Assembly (NCBI GenBank): GCA_965215195.1
Contig: CBDCDC010000002.1
Location: forward strand, 4,798,219-4,862,218
From: Candidatus Latescibacterota bacterium
GTDB lineage: Bacteria > Latescibacterota > UBA2968 > UBA8231
Direction of reading: 5' to 3'
Length of the DNA stretch: 64,000 nucleotides
Each line of letters opens with the position of its first letter. Within the stretch, counting starts at the first letter, position 1. Under the pieces are notes generated by a model that saw only the letters and a program-made list of their open reading frames with translations, made no database searches and had not been told where the DNA came from. Shown here one piece after another: positions 1-9,818 of this stretch. Position numbers and translations under genes: made by a program.

Positions 1-965
1 TGCCAGAATGGGAGCGGGCGATCCAGCGCCAAATCGGCCTGCTCGCGGGTCTGAGCAGCGGGGAGGTAGCAGCGCACCTAGACGCGCCGCTCGACACCTT
101 GTTGGATTCCCTGATGGCGGTGGAGTTCGCCGCGTGGCTCGGCCAGCGGCTGGGGACTCAAGTCGATAAGCTCTTGCAGCCACAGGACACGCTCCGCAGC
201 GTCTTGGCGCGCATAGAGGCCCACTTGCGCGATGGGGTGGACTGGGAGGTGGAGCAGTCGCCCGCGTACTGGTCGGGCATTTTGCACGCCGAGCCAAGTG
301 CCGAGCCAGAGAGCGAGGCCGGTAAAAAGATGCTGCAAGAAATCTTGTGGGAGACCGGCGGCCCCTTGTTCCGCCGCTTTTTCGACCTCCGAGCCGGCGG
401 CTTAGAGCACCTGCCGCAAGATCGGCCCTACCTGATTGCCGCCAACCACGCCAGCCACCTCGACGGTGCTTGCGTGTACGCGGCCGTGCGCTCCCATGTG
501 GATCACCTCAATATCGCAACCAGCGAGCACTACCTCGCCGACTCCGAGTTTCGCTGGTTTTTGTCCACCTTTGCCAACGCCATCCCCTTCGACGGCCGCG
601 GCGATTTTGCCGCCGGCTTGGTGCGGGCGCGGCAATTGATGGGGGTGCGCCGCCCGCTGCTGGTCTTTCCTGAAGGCACGCGCTCGGTCAATGGCCAGCT
701 ACAGCCGTTTAAGGCGGGCGTGGGGCTTTTGGCTTACGAGCTAGATGCGCCCGTAGTGCCCCTGCACATTGCCGGCACCCGCGAAGCCCTGCCCAAGGGG
801 ACGCGCACACCAACGCGCCACCCCTTGCGCCTGCTCTTTGGCTCCCCCGTGGCAACCACCTCTTTCAAGGGGTGCGCCACGGCATTGAGCCCCTATGAGA
901 TTTACTACGAGATCGCCGCGGCTCTCAAGCGACAGATCGAGGCGCTGGGCCGCAAAAATATCTGA
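1..965 (+). CDS. C-terminal part of an acyl-carrier/PlsC acyltransferase fusion (5' end outside window)
   Basis: Frame is open from the window start. ACP-like LDSL motif, then PlsC motifs NHASHLD, FPEGTRS and PFKAGVG. Confidence 0.8.
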   Translation, partial: PEWERAIQRQIGLLAGLSSGEVAAHLDAPLDTLLDSLMAVEFAAWLGQRLGTQVDKLLQPQDTLRSVLARIEAHLRDGVDWEVEQSPAYWSGILHAEPSAEPESEAGKKMLQEILWETGGPLFRRFFDLRAGGLEHLPQDRPYLIAANHASHLDGACVYAAVRSHVDHLNIATSEHYLADSEFRWFLSTFANAIPFDGRGDFAAGLVRARQLMGVRRPLLVFPEGTRSVNGQLQPFKAGVGLLAYELDAPVVPLHIAGTREALPKGTRTPTRHPLRLLFGSPVATTSFKGCATALSPYEIYYEIAAALKRQIEALGRKNI

Positions 966-967
966 TT

Positions 968-1720
968 ATGTACCCCTATCTATTCGAAATCGGCCCCATT
1001 AGCATCGGCACGTTTGGCCTCATGGTCGCCCTCGGCTTCCTAGCGTCCCTGCACGTGCTCAACCGCGAATTCGAGCGCCAAGGGCTGCACCCAGAGCTGG
1101 GATCGACGATTGTCACCACCGGCATGATCGGCGGGCTCGTCGGGGCCAAACTCTACTTTGTGCTATTTGAAACCTCGCCTGAGACTTGGGGCGAGGTATT
1201 CGACCTGACATTTTCCGGCTACGGCTTGACTTGGTACGGGGGGTTTGTCGTGGCCGCTGGCGGCGTGCTTTGGCAAATTCGCCGCCGCGATGCGCCGCTG
1301 GGCCAAGTTGCCGACTCAGTGGGCATTGCCCTTGCCGTGGGCTACGGGGTCGGGCGGATCGGTTGCCAGCTCGCCGGCGATGGCGACTACGGGGTGCCGA
1401 CCGATCTCCCTTGGGGCATGGCCTATCCCAACGGGGTGGTGCCGACCCTTGAAAAGGTCCATCCCGCGCCAGTGTACGAAACCCTCGCGCACTTGGGAAT
1501 CGCGGCCTTGTTGTGGAAGATGCGGACCCGCGTTGAGCCTCCGGGCCTGTTGTTCAGCTTCTATCTCGTCCTCGCCGGGCTGGCGCGGTTCGCAGTGGAG
1601 TTCATTCGGATCAATCCGCGCGTACTGTGGGGCCTGAGCCAAGCCCAGCTTCTCAGCATCGCCATGATTGTCTGCGGCTTGGGGCTGATGCTGTATCTGC
1701 AACGCCGGAAGGCTTCTTGA
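968..1720 (+). CDS. lgt: Prolipoprotein diacylglyceryl transferase
   Basis: GL-WYGG, GRIGC...GD-YG, HP-P-YE and RFAVEFIR motifs; multi-TM. Confidence 0.9.
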   Translation: MYPYLFEIGPISIGTFGLMVALGFLASLHVLNREFERQGLHPELGSTIVTTGMIGGLVGAKLYFVLFETSPETWGEVFDLTFSGYGLTWYGGFVVAAGGVLWQIRRRDAPLGQVADSVGIALAVGYGVGRIGCQLAGDGDYGVPTDLPWGMAYPNGVVPTLEKVHPAPVYETLAHLGIAALLWKMRTRVEPPGLLFSFYLVLAGLARFAVEFIRINPRVLWGLSQAQLLSIAMIVCGLGLMLYLQRRKAS

Positions 1721-3177
1721 TGGCCAAGGCGCGCTACCCGCGCATCTCCAGCTTTAAGCAGGCAGCCGACTTTCGCGCCCACTTGGCTCATTTGGGCGCG
1801 GAATTGCCCTGCGACGATCAGATCAAAACCGCTCCCACTTCCCCGCTGGCCCAAGCGGCCCACGCCGGCCGCATCTGCATTGGCAACCGCTTTGCTATTC
1901 AGCCGATGGAAGGGTGGGACGGGACTGAAGACGGTCAGCCCAGCGACTTGACGCGCCGGCGCTGGCGGAATTTCGGCCGCAGCGGGGCCAAGCTGATATG
2001 GGGCGGGGAGGCTTTTGCCGTGGTGCCCGAGGGCCGTGCCAACCCGAACCAGCTCATGGCGTGCGAGGAAAACCGCGCTGGCATGGCCGAGTTGCGCGAC
2101 ATCCTCCTGTCGGCGCACTGCGAGCGATTCGGCACCACCGACGACCTGCTCCTCGGCCTGCAACTGACGCATTCCGGGCGCTTTTGCCGGCCCTATCGCA
2201 AGGACCAAGCCGCGCCGGCCATCCTCTATCACCACCCGATCTTGGATCGCAAATTCGGCCTTGCCGCGGACCATCCGCTCCTGACCGACGCCTATATCGA
2301 GGCGTTGATCGACCGCTACGTCGCCAGCGCGCAAATCGCCCACGAGCTGGGCTACCACTTCGTGGATATTAAGCATTGCCACGGCTACCTCGGGCACGAA
2401 TTCCTCAGCGCGTTTACCCGGCCCGGCCCCTTTGGCGGCTCCTTTGCCAATCGCACGCGCTTCGTCCGCTGCATCATCGAGGGAATTCGCAATCGAGCAC
2501 CCGGCCTCGGCATCGGGGTGCGGCTGAGTGCGTTCGACTTGGTGCCCTTCCGGCCCGATCCAACCGCGAGGAGGGGGCGCGGGGTGCCCGAGCCTTATCA
2601 AAACTGCCTGCCCTACGAGTACGGCTTTGGGGTTGATCAGGGCGACCCGCGGCAAATGGACCTGTGTGAGGCCGAGCAGTTCATCGCCTTGTTGGAGAGC
2701 TTGGGCGTGGACCTGTTTAACGTGTCCTGCGGCAGCCCTTACTACAATCCGCACATCCAGCGGCCGGCGCTCTTTCCCCCGTCCGATGGATACCTGCCGC
2801 CAGAAGACCCGCTGTGCGGGGTGGCGCGGCAAGTGGCGGTGGTCGCCCGGCTCAAGGCGCGCTTCCCGCGCAGCCTGTTCGTCGGGTCGGGTTATTCCTA
2901 CTTGCAGGAGTATCTGCCGCACGTGGGGCAGGCCCTCGTGCGGGCGGGCATGGTGGATTTTATCGGCTTGGGGCGGATGGTTCTGTCCTATCCCGACCTG
3001 CCCAGCGACGTGCTGCAAACGGGCCAACTGCAACGCCGCCTCATCTGCCGCACGTTTTCCGATTGCACGACCGCGCCGCGCAACGGCATGATTTCGGGTT
3101 GCTTTCCCCTCGACTCGTTTTACAAGCAGCGCGAGGAAGCCCAGCGCTTGCAGGCACTCAAAAAGGGAGCGCAATGA
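1720..3177 (+). CDS. NADH:flavin oxidoreductase (Old Yellow Enzyme family)
   Basis: [22 protein letters not shown]...[17 protein letters not shown] at 1720 overlaps the lgt stop. Confidence 0.85.
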   Translation: MAKARYPRISSFKQAADFRAHLAHLGAELPCDDQIKTAPTSPLAQAAHAGRICIGNRFAIQPMEGWDGTEDGQPSDLTRRRWRNFGRSGAKLIWGGEAFAVVPEGRANPNQLMACEENRAGMAELRDILLSAHCERFGTTDDLLLGLQLTHSGRFCRPYRKDQAAPAILYHHPILDRKFGLAADHPLLTDAYIEALIDRYVASAQIAHELGYHFVDIKHCHGYLGHEFLSAFTRPGPFGGSFANRTRFVRCIIEGIRNRAPGLGIGVRLSAFDLVPFRPDPTARRGRGVPEPYQNCLPYEYGFGVDQGDPRQMDLCEAEQFIALLESLGVDLFNVSCGSPYYNPHIQRPALFPPSDGYLPPEDPLCGVARQVAVVARLKARFPRSLFVGSGYSYLQEYLPHVGQALVRAGMVDFIGLGRMVLSYPDLPSDVLQTGQLQRRLICRTFSDCTTAPRNGMISGCFPLDSFYKQREEAQRLQALKKGAQ

Positions 3178-3908
3178 TGCGGCAATTCGCCGACAAAGTC
3201 GTCCTAGTCACCGGCGCGGGCACTGGGATCGGCGCGGCCATAGCGTGCGGTTTTGCTGACGCAGGGGCGCGGGTGGCGTTTGTCGGGCGACGTCCCGAGC
3301 CGCTCGCGGCCGCGGCCGCCGGCCTCGATGCTGACCGGGTCCTAGTCCGCGCCTGCGACGTATCCGACCGCGGTGCCGTCGCGGCCTTAGCGTCGGCTGT
3401 CGCGGCCGAGTGGGGTGCCGTTGATGTGCTAGTCAACAACGCCGGCATCAACACCAATCCGCGCTCGGTCGGCGCAGTAGCACCCGCGGACTGGGACCAG
3501 ACCATTGCCATCAATCTCACCGGGGTGTACAACATGGTGCGGGCGGTGTTGCCGGGAATGCGGCAACAAAACGACGGCCTCATCATCACCATTTCGTCCA
3601 TTGCCGGCCTGCGGGCCAGCAAGCTAGCCGGTGCCGCGTATTCGGCCTCCAAGCACGGGGCAGTGGCCCTGACGAACTCGATCAACGAGGAGGAAGTCGC
3701 GTCCGGCATCCGCGCCTGCGCGATTTGCCCTGGCGAGGTAGAGACGCCGATTTTGGCCCAGCGGCCCGAACCCGTCAGCGCCCAACGCCGGGCCGCCATG
3801 CTGCAACCCGAAGAGTTGGCCCAAGCCGCGCTCTTCGTGGCTGCGCTGCCGCCCCGCGCCTGTGTGCCCCTCTTGGTGATCAAGCCGACGGTGCAGTTGT
3901 TTCAGTAG
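3174..3908 (+). CDS. Short-chain dehydrogenase/reductase
   Basis: [12 protein letters not shown] and YSASK motifs. Start overlaps the upstream stop (ATGA). Confidence 0.9.
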   Translation: MMRQFADKVVLVTGAGTGIGAAIACGFADAGARVAFVGRRPEPLAAAAAGLDADRVLVRACDVSDRGAVAALASAVAAEWGAVDVLVNNAGINTNPRSVGAVAPADWDQTIAINLTGVYNMVRAVLPGMRQQNDGLIITISSIAGLRASKLAGAAYSASKHGAVALTNSINEEEVASGIRACAICPGEVETPILAQRPEPVSAQRRAAMLQPEELAQAALFVAALPPRACVPLLVIKPTVQLFQ

Positions 3909-3910
3909 GG
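3853..3910 (+). repeat. 58-bp direct repeat copy 1 (3' end of SDR gene)
   Basis: Matches 5642-5699 with 3 mismatches; includes the stop codon. Confidence 0.95.
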
Positions 3911-4037
3911 CGTTACTAGAAGTATCTCGTAAATATCACCACTAGTTATATTGTAATAGTCTTTACTCCTTGTCACAAACATCATGCTTGCTGGCACAGG
4001 AGCTCATGTGAGGCGCATATAGCCGAATGAGGATGTT

Positions 4038-5117
4038 ATGACTCTGACAAAAGTAAAATTGAGACGCTTTACTGCGTTCTCGAACTTGGAATTGGAGCTT
4101 TGCCCCGGCATTAACGTTTTAGTGGGTGCAAACGGCACAGGCAAGACCCATTTGATGAAGGTCCTATATGCGGCATGTGACTCTTCTAAAGCAGACGTCC
4201 ACTTTGCCGAGAAGTTGATGCGGGTGTTACTTCCGTCGGGCCGCTTCCTAGGGCGACTAGTCAAACGGCAGCCGGGCAGTACCAAGAGAGCCAAAGAAAA
4301 CAAGGAAGCCAAGGAAATCCATGGCCTGATTGAGATATTAGCTAGCAGTCCGGTCGCATTCGTGGATGTGTATCGCGGCGACCGGCGATTGAGAGTCCAG
4401 TTCTCCAATCGCATCAAATTACCAAATTCCGCCTACGTTTCTATAAGTGGTGCTGATTCTTGGAAAGATTCTTCATTAAAAAGTATCTATATTCCAGTGA
4501 AGGAGATGCTCTCTAACGCACCCGGCTTTCGCTCACTTTACTCGGAACGCGAAATTCACTTTGAAGAAATTTATGCGGACATTCTGGACCGGGCTTACAT
4601 CCCATTACTGCGCGGCAAATCGGATGCTTTACACAGGCGTTTGCTCACTCGTCTGCAAAAAGAGATCGACGGAAAAGTGATGATCAAAAATGAGGAGTTT
4701 TTTCTAAAAAATAAAAAAGGAACCTTGGAGTTCACCCTGCTTGCTGAGGGCATGCGCAAGCTGGGATTGTTGTGGCTTTTAATACAAAATGGCACTTTGC
4801 AGAGCGGCTCAGTACTGTTTTGGGATGAGCCTGAGACCAACCTGAACCCGAAGCTGTTAGGTACGCTAATTGATGTCCTGCTGCAACTGCAACGCGCTGG
4901 TGTTCAGGTATTCTTGGCGACCCACGATTACGTCATTCTCAAGGAGATTGATCTCCGTATACGCGATGAGGATGCGGTAGCCTTCCATTCATTTTACTTT
5001 GACGAGATGGGCGAGATAGCCTGTCACACGGCAAGTAACTATCTCGACATCCATCCCAACGCGATTGCGGATACCTTCACCGATCTTTACAACCGGGAAA
5101 TTGAGCGCGACCTATAA
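4038..5117 (+). CDS. ABC/AAA_21-type ATPase (putative defence or TA component)
   Basis: Walker A GANGTGKT, signature LAEGMRK, Walker B LFWDEPE, H-loop ATH; lower GC than flanks. Confidence 0.8.
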   Translation: MTLTKVKLRRFTAFSNLELELCPGINVLVGANGTGKTHLMKVLYAACDSSKADVHFAEKLMRVLLPSGRFLGRLVKRQPGSTKRAKENKEAKEIHGLIEILASSPVAFVDVYRGDRRLRVQFSNRIKLPNSAYVSISGADSWKDSSLKSIYIPVKEMLSNAPGFRSLYSEREIHFEEIYADILDRAYIPLLRGKSDALHRRLLTRLQKEIDGKVMIKNEEFFLKNKKGTLEFTLLAEGMRKLGLLWLLIQNGTLQSGSVLFWDEPETNLNPKLLGTLIDVLLQLQRAGVQVFLATHDYVILKEIDLRIRDEDAVAFHSFYFDEMGEIACHTASNYLDIHPNAIADTFTDLYNREIERDL

Positions 5118-5638
5118 TGACCGTTCTTGAGGAAGGGGATCTGCAAATTACCATCGGCGACGCGATCAATGCGCGAAAGTTCGACGATGCCAACCACGGA
5201 CTGAACAACTGTATGAAAGCGGTGGATTTCATCGTTGAGCTTCTTGACTGCTACCTGTTCATTGAAGTCAAAGACCCACAAGATCCTCAGATACCTAAGC
5301 AAAGTCGCAACAACTTTCTTCGCAAAATTAAAAGCGGTGAGCTTGACGAGGATCTCAAATACAAGTACCGAGATTCCTTTCTCTACGAATGGGCGTCGGG
5401 CCGAGCCAACAAGCCCATTGACTACCTAGTACTGATTGCCATGGACGCCCTAGATAACGCCCTTTTACTGAATAGGACGGAAGATCTGAAGCGGAAGCTG
5501 CCCTTATTGGGACCGAGGGCACGTCCTTGGCCTCGCCCGACTGTTCGGAGTTGTGGCGTATTCAACATCGCGTCGTGGAGCAACCGCTTCCCGCAGTATC
5601 CTATCAGGCGACAGAGTGCGGGAACGACGCATCCTTAA
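5117..5638 (+). CDS. Hypothetical protein, probable PD-(D/E)XK nuclease fold; partner of the ATPase
   Basis: AVDFIVE...FIEVKD motif; translationally coupled to the ATPase (TAATG). Confidence 0.55.
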   Translation: MTVLEEGDLQITIGDAINARKFDDANHGLNNCMKAVDFIVELLDCYLFIEVKDPQDPQIPKQSRNNFLRKIKSGELDEDLKYKYRDSFLYEWASGRANKPIDYLVLIAMDALDNALLLNRTEDLKRKLPLLGPRARPWPRPTVRSCGVFNIASWSNRFPQYPIRRQSAGTTHP

Positions 5639-5641
5639 TCG

Positions 5642-5699
5642 CCCGCGCCTGCGTGCTCCTCTTGGCGATCAAGCCGACGGTGCAGTTGTTTCAGTAGGG
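5642..5699 (+). repeat. 58-bp direct repeat copy 2 (duplicated SDR 3' end)
   Basis: cccgcgcctgcgtgctcctcttggcgatcaagccgacggtgcagttgtttcagtaggg vs 3853-3910. Confidence 0.95.
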
Positions 5700-5841
5700 A
5701 GGGACAGTGGCGTCGGAGAAGATGCCGACTAAAGAGCGATACTGTACTATACTTGCTGAACGTTCTCTTGCGTCTAGAAGAATTCCGCAAAGTAAAATTC
5801 GGTTGTGCATCGCCCTATGACAACGCAGACGAAGCCGATTG

Positions 5842-7089
5842 ATGATAACACTAGTTGAAGCCTTGAATTATCGCTGTTTGCGGTATGTGCATAGGCCGCT
5901 GCGCCCTTTTCACGTCCTCGTAGGGCCGAATGCCTCTGGCAAGACAACCTTTTTGGACGTTATCGGTTTTCTCTGTGATTTGTTGTATGAAGGCTTGGAT
6001 ACGGCGATCGCAGAACGCACTCAGAACCCCCAAGACCTCTTCTTCCGGCGTCAGGGTGATAGACTAGAGATAGCAGTGGAGGTACGCATTCCCGATAAGC
6101 TACGTTCTCAGACAATAAAACCAGATTTGGACACGGCGAGGTATCAGGTAGCGATTGGGTTTAACGAAACACACCGCCAATTCGAGTTCAAGTCCGAGAC
6201 GGTTTTACTAAAAAAATTTGCGGACTTTGCAATGCCACAACGCTCTTTATTTCCAGTGTTAGCAGACGCCCCGAATTCATTATTGGAGCGCATTGGGCGG
6301 AAAGACAGCAAGGTCGTCATCAATAAGACAGCAGGAGGAAACGACAGCTTTTATAGCGAAACAGATAAAGGCTGGTCACCATCGTTCAAATTAGGGCCGC
6401 AGACATCGGCTTTCGGCAACCTGCCTGCTGATATAGAGCGATTTCCCGTTGCCACATGGTTTCTAGAGTATCTAACCGGCGGTGTCCAAGAGTTTGTACT
6501 GCATAGTAATGCCATTAAGCGCCCCAGTTCTCCAATGAGGGGGTCTGGTTTTCTGCCGGACGGTTCAAACCTGCCTTGGGTGGTCTCTCATTTGCGAGAA
6601 AAAACTCCCCAGCGGCACCAAGACTGGATTGCACATTTGCGCACGGCCCTGACCGACTTGGTCAACATCGAGACATTCGAGCGTCCAGAGGACAGGCACT
6701 GCTACATGATCTACGAGTATGAAGGCGGGCTAAAGGTGCCTTCGTGGATGGTTTCCGACGGTACGCTGCGACTGACAGCACTCACTCTGCCCGCATATTT
6801 GGCCGATCTACGAGGTATCTATCTAATAGAGGAGCCAGAGAACGGGATACATCCTCGAGCGGTCGCCACTGTGTATGATTCGCTCTCTTCAATGTATGAG
6901 GCTCAGGTCTTATTAGCGACTCATTCGCCGGTAGTGCTGAGCGCGGCCAGCATGGATGACGTATTGTGCTTTGCCAAAAACGACGACGGCTCAACCGACA
7001 TTGTTCTAGGCACCGAACACCCCACGCTACGGCAATGGCAAGGCCAAGCCGACCTTGGCACACTACTTGCCTCTGGGGTTTTGGGATGA
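5842..7089 (+). CDS. ABC/AAA_21 ATPase, MAD3-like
   Basis: Walker A GPNASGKT, signature VSDGT, Walker B LIEEPENGIHP, ATHS. N-terminus recalls MADS Mad3. Confidence 0.7.
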   Translation: MITLVEALNYRCLRYVHRPLRPFHVLVGPNASGKTTFLDVIGFLCDLLYEGLDTAIAERTQNPQDLFFRRQGDRLEIAVEVRIPDKLRSQTIKPDLDTARYQVAIGFNETHRQFEFKSETVLLKKFADFAMPQRSLFPVLADAPNSLLERIGRKDSKVVINKTAGGNDSFYSETDKGWSPSFKLGPQTSAFGNLPADIERFPVATWFLEYLTGGVQEFVLHSNAIKRPSSPMRGSGFLPDGSNLPWVVSHLREKTPQRHQDWIAHLRTALTDLVNIETFERPEDRHCYMIYEYEGGLKVPSWMVSDGTLRLTALTLPAYLADLRGIYLIEEPENGIHPRAVATVYDSLSSMYEAQVLLATHSPVVLSAASMDDVLCFAKNDDGSTDIVLGTEHPTLRQWQGQADLGTLLASGVLG

Positions 7090-7739
7090 ACGAGAAAGAC
7101 CTCGTTGTTCTCGCGGCCGACTCCAATATAGAACAGGTACTAATTGGGTTGTTTACGCGACCAGAGGCATTGGGTATTCGCCCGATTGACGTGAACATTT
7201 CCGTTCATCCGCAACGCGATCCCGGCTGTGCTACACGCGGCGTTGATTTCCTATCCAATCTATCGGAACTGTATCTCCACGGATTGCTCATTTTCGATCG
7301 CGAAGGCAGTGGCAGAGAACAGAAGCAGCCCCAAGAAATGCAGAAAGAACTCAACCGTGAGTTAAAGGATTCGGCGTGGGGCAAACGAGCGAGGGCCATC
7401 GTGCTCGACCCAGAACTGGAGGCGTGGGTCTGGAGCGATTCGCCTCATGTCGACGACGTAGCGGGATGGAAAAATCGACGACCTCCGCTGCGTCGCTGGC
7501 TGACCAGTCAGGGCTATTTGCAAGAAGGGGCAACCAAACCCGAGCGGCCCAAGGAAGCATTGCAAGCGGCTTTGCGCACGGTGCGAAAGCCTCGCAGTGC
7601 CTCCTTGTATCGGCAGCTTGCAGAAAAGGTTTCCCTGCGCCGCTGCAATGATCCATCGTTCTTGGAACTCAAAACGGTCCTAACAGCTTGGTTTCCAGCA
7701 GGCAGCCCAGTGCTCGGCGAGGTCGAAAGAGCAAGGTAA
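7086..7739 (+). CDS. MAD4/DUF4276-like (TOPRIM-like) ATPase partner
   Basis: KDLVVLAAD, HPQRDPG, IFDREG, PELEAWVW and PKE motifs; ATGA overlap with the ATPase. Confidence 0.6.
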   Translation: MNEKDLVVLAADSNIEQVLIGLFTRPEALGIRPIDVNISVHPQRDPGCATRGVDFLSNLSELYLHGLLIFDREGSGREQKQPQEMQKELNRELKDSAWGKRARAIVLDPELEAWVWSDSPHVDDVAGWKNRRPPLRRWLTSQGYLQEGATKPERPKEALQAALRTVRKPRSASLYRQLAEKVSLRRCNDPSFLELKTVLTAWFPAGSPVLGEVERAR

Positions 7740-7741
7740 AA

Positions 7742-7993
7742 ATGACAACGCGGAAAATCGCAATCGATGTTCCAGAAAGTGTGCTGCTGGCTGAAAAGAC
7801 CGACGAGCGCACTTTTGCACGTGAACTTCGCATGCTGGCCGCGGCCAAGCTCTATGAGCTCGGCCGTCTTTCGTCCGGGCGAGCTGCGGAGCTTGCTGGG
7901 ATGGCGCGCGTGGAATTCCTATTGACGCTTGATCGCTACAAGGTCTTTCCACTTGAGACGGAGTTGAATGACCTAGAACGCGAGCATGTCTGA
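7742..7993 (+). CDS. UPF0175 family protein (putative antitoxin)
   Basis: AAKLYELGRLSSGRAAELAGMARVEFL pattern. Confidence 0.85.
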   Translation: MTTRKIAIDVPESVLLAEKTDERTFARELRMLAAAKLYELGRLSSGRAAELAGMARVEFLLTLDRYKVFPLETELNDLEREHV

Positions 7994-8033
7994 GTTCATC
8001 AGCAACACGTCACCGCTGCTGTATCTTTATCGC
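7986..8033 (+). pseudogene. Truncated DUF3368/PIN toxin (N-terminal ~16 codons only)
   Basis: MSEFISNTSPLLYLYR overlaps the UPF0175 stop, as in UPF0175-DUF3368 pairs; similarity is lost after that. Confidence 0.65.
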
Positions 8034-8082
8034 AAATCCATCGTCATGCGTCTTTCGTGGAATGAAATAATTGGAGAATACC

Positions 8083-9588
8083 ATGAGCGAACAACAGAAG
8101 CCGCAGAAAAAACACCCATTTAAGTTGCTTGCCTTGATCTTAGGCATGGTTGCTCTTTTGGGCGTTGGGGGCAAAATGTATGTCGATTACGCCGAGAAGC
8201 AACGTCAGGAGGAGGTATTTGTCGCAGAGGTGGGGCGTATGCCACATCCGAAGGGTGCGAACAAGGGAGAGCCTGACCTACATATTGCAGCGAGACTGAA
8301 CTTGCCCGCGCTGACAGTATCCCTGCTTAATCAGGGGGCCGATGTCCATGCTAAAAACAGCGATGGCTGGACATTGCTACACTGGGCGGCGCGTAATGAT
8401 GCTTCTTCGACGGCTGCGGTATTACTTGAGTCGGGGGTTGATGTCCATGCTAAAAACAACACTGGCTGGACGTCGCTATACATAGCGGCGCGCAATGATG
8501 CTTCTTCGGTAGCAGGGTTGTTGCTCAAGCAGGGGGCCGATGTCCACGCTAAAGACGACTACGGCAAAATGCCACTACACGCTGCGGCGGCGCATAATGC
8601 TGCTGCTGTGGCTGCGGTATTGCTCAAACAGGGGGCCGATATTCACGCTAAAGACGACGGTGGCGAAACGCCACTGCACGCTGCGGCGGCGCATAATGCT
8701 ACTGCTGTTGCTGCGGTGTTACTTGAGTCGGGGGCCGATATCCATGCCGAAAACAACGATGGCGAAACACCACTGCATAACATTTTTGGCTATGACATGA
8801 ATGCAGCAAGAGTTGCTGGAGCAGCCGGATTTTCTGAGGTGGCCGCTCGTTTTCTCAAAAAAAGACGGGGGGTGACACCAACTGACGCTGTCAATACACC
8901 GCTGCACCATCTGACGACATCTGAGGATGCTGCTGCTGCTGCTGTTGCTGGTATGTTGCTTAAGGCAGGAGCCGACGCCAATGCCAAAAACAATGATGGT
9001 TCTACGGTTCTGCACTGGGCGGCGGCGCATAATGCTGCGGCTGTTGCTGCGGTATTACTTGAGTGGGAGGCCAACGTCAACGCCAAAGACAACTTTCACA
9101 TGGGCTGGACACCACTGCACTGGGCGGTGAGTGAGGATGCTTCAGGTCTTACCGGTATGTTGCTTGAGTGGGGGGCCAACGTCAATGCTAAAGATAGCCG
9201 TAAGGGCTGGACACCGCTGCATGTTGCGGCGCAGCAGAATGCTTCTGATACGGCCGAGATATTGCTCAAGGCAGGAGCCAATGTCCATGCCAAAGCCGAC
9301 TTCTTAGACTTCATGCCACTACATGTTGCGGCGGAGTATAATGCTTCTGATACGGCCGAGATATTGCTCAAGGCAGGGGCCGACGCCAATGCCAAGGGAA
9401 TCTATGGTACTACACCGTTACACTGGGCGGCGCAGCAGAATGCTTCTGATACGGCCGAGATATTGCTCAAGGCAGGGGCCAATGTCCACGCCCAAACAGA
9501 CAACGGCAGGACGCCGCTGAGATGCGCGATAGAGGAGGAGGATTTAGAGACAGCCGCGGTTTTGCGTCGTTACGGTGCCCATAGGTGA
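8083..9588 (+). CDS. Ankyrin-repeat protein with N-terminal membrane anchor
   Basis: About 11 G-TPLH-AA...LL--GA-VNA repeats; hydrophobic LLALILGMVALLGVGG segment; GGAG RBS before ATG 8083. Confidence 0.92.
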   Translation: MSEQQKPQKKHPFKLLALILGMVALLGVGGKMYVDYAEKQRQEEVFVAEVGRMPHPKGANKGEPDLHIAARLNLPALTVSLLNQGADVHAKNSDGWTLLHWAARNDASSTAAVLLESGVDVHAKNNTGWTSLYIAARNDASSVAGLLLKQGADVHAKDDYGKMPLHAAAAHNAAAVAAVLLKQGADIHAKDDGGETPLHAAAAHNATAVAAVLLESGADIHAENNDGETPLHNIFGYDMNAARVAGAAGFSEVAARFLKKRRGVTPTDAVNTPLHHLTTSEDAAAAAVAGMLLKAGADANAKNNDGSTVLHWAAAHNAAAVAAVLLEWEANVNAKDNFHMGWTPLHWAVSEDASGLTGMLLEWGANVNAKDSRKGWTPLHVAAQQNASDTAEILLKAGANVHAKADFLDFMPLHVAAEYNASDTAEILLKAGADANAKGIYGTTPLHWAAQQNASDTAEILLKAGANVHAQTDNGRTPLRCAIEEEDLETAAVLRRYGAHR

Positions 9589-9631
9589 AATAAGATGATT
9601 CTATTTCTAATCGAGTCGGAGGCGGATGTCC

Positions 9632-9782
9632 ACACTCGCCGATCTTACGCCCTAGACGCAATGCTGCCCGATCTGCGCTGGTACGCTTCGCCTCGGAGCG
9701 AGAACGCGTGGAACATCTGTTTGCGCTTTACGAGCGGCTGCAAGCTCCGTTGGCGGCGGAAGCAGAGGGGAAGCGGAGGTGA
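9632..9782 (+). pseudogene. Degenerate 3' end of an MmeI-like type IIL restriction-modification gene
   Basis: Across frameshifts it reads TLADL/YALDAMLPDLR/RFASERERVEHLFALYERLQAPL...*, resembling the MmeI-family C-terminus. Confidence 0.65.
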
Positions 9783-9818
9783 GGAGGCGAAAGATAAAGA
9801 AGCGTTGAGCTTGCTGCG

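Noticed and set aside
1561-3174. 537-aa antisense ORF and other long shadow ORFs (e.g. 23580-24701, 45190-46143, 60340-61410)
   Set aside because: Antisense to well-supported genes in high-GC DNA, with no recognisable motifs.
8330-9500. Regularly spaced repeats resembling a CRISPR array
   Set aside because: The ~99-102-bp periodicity is in-frame ankyrin coding sequence; no cas genes.
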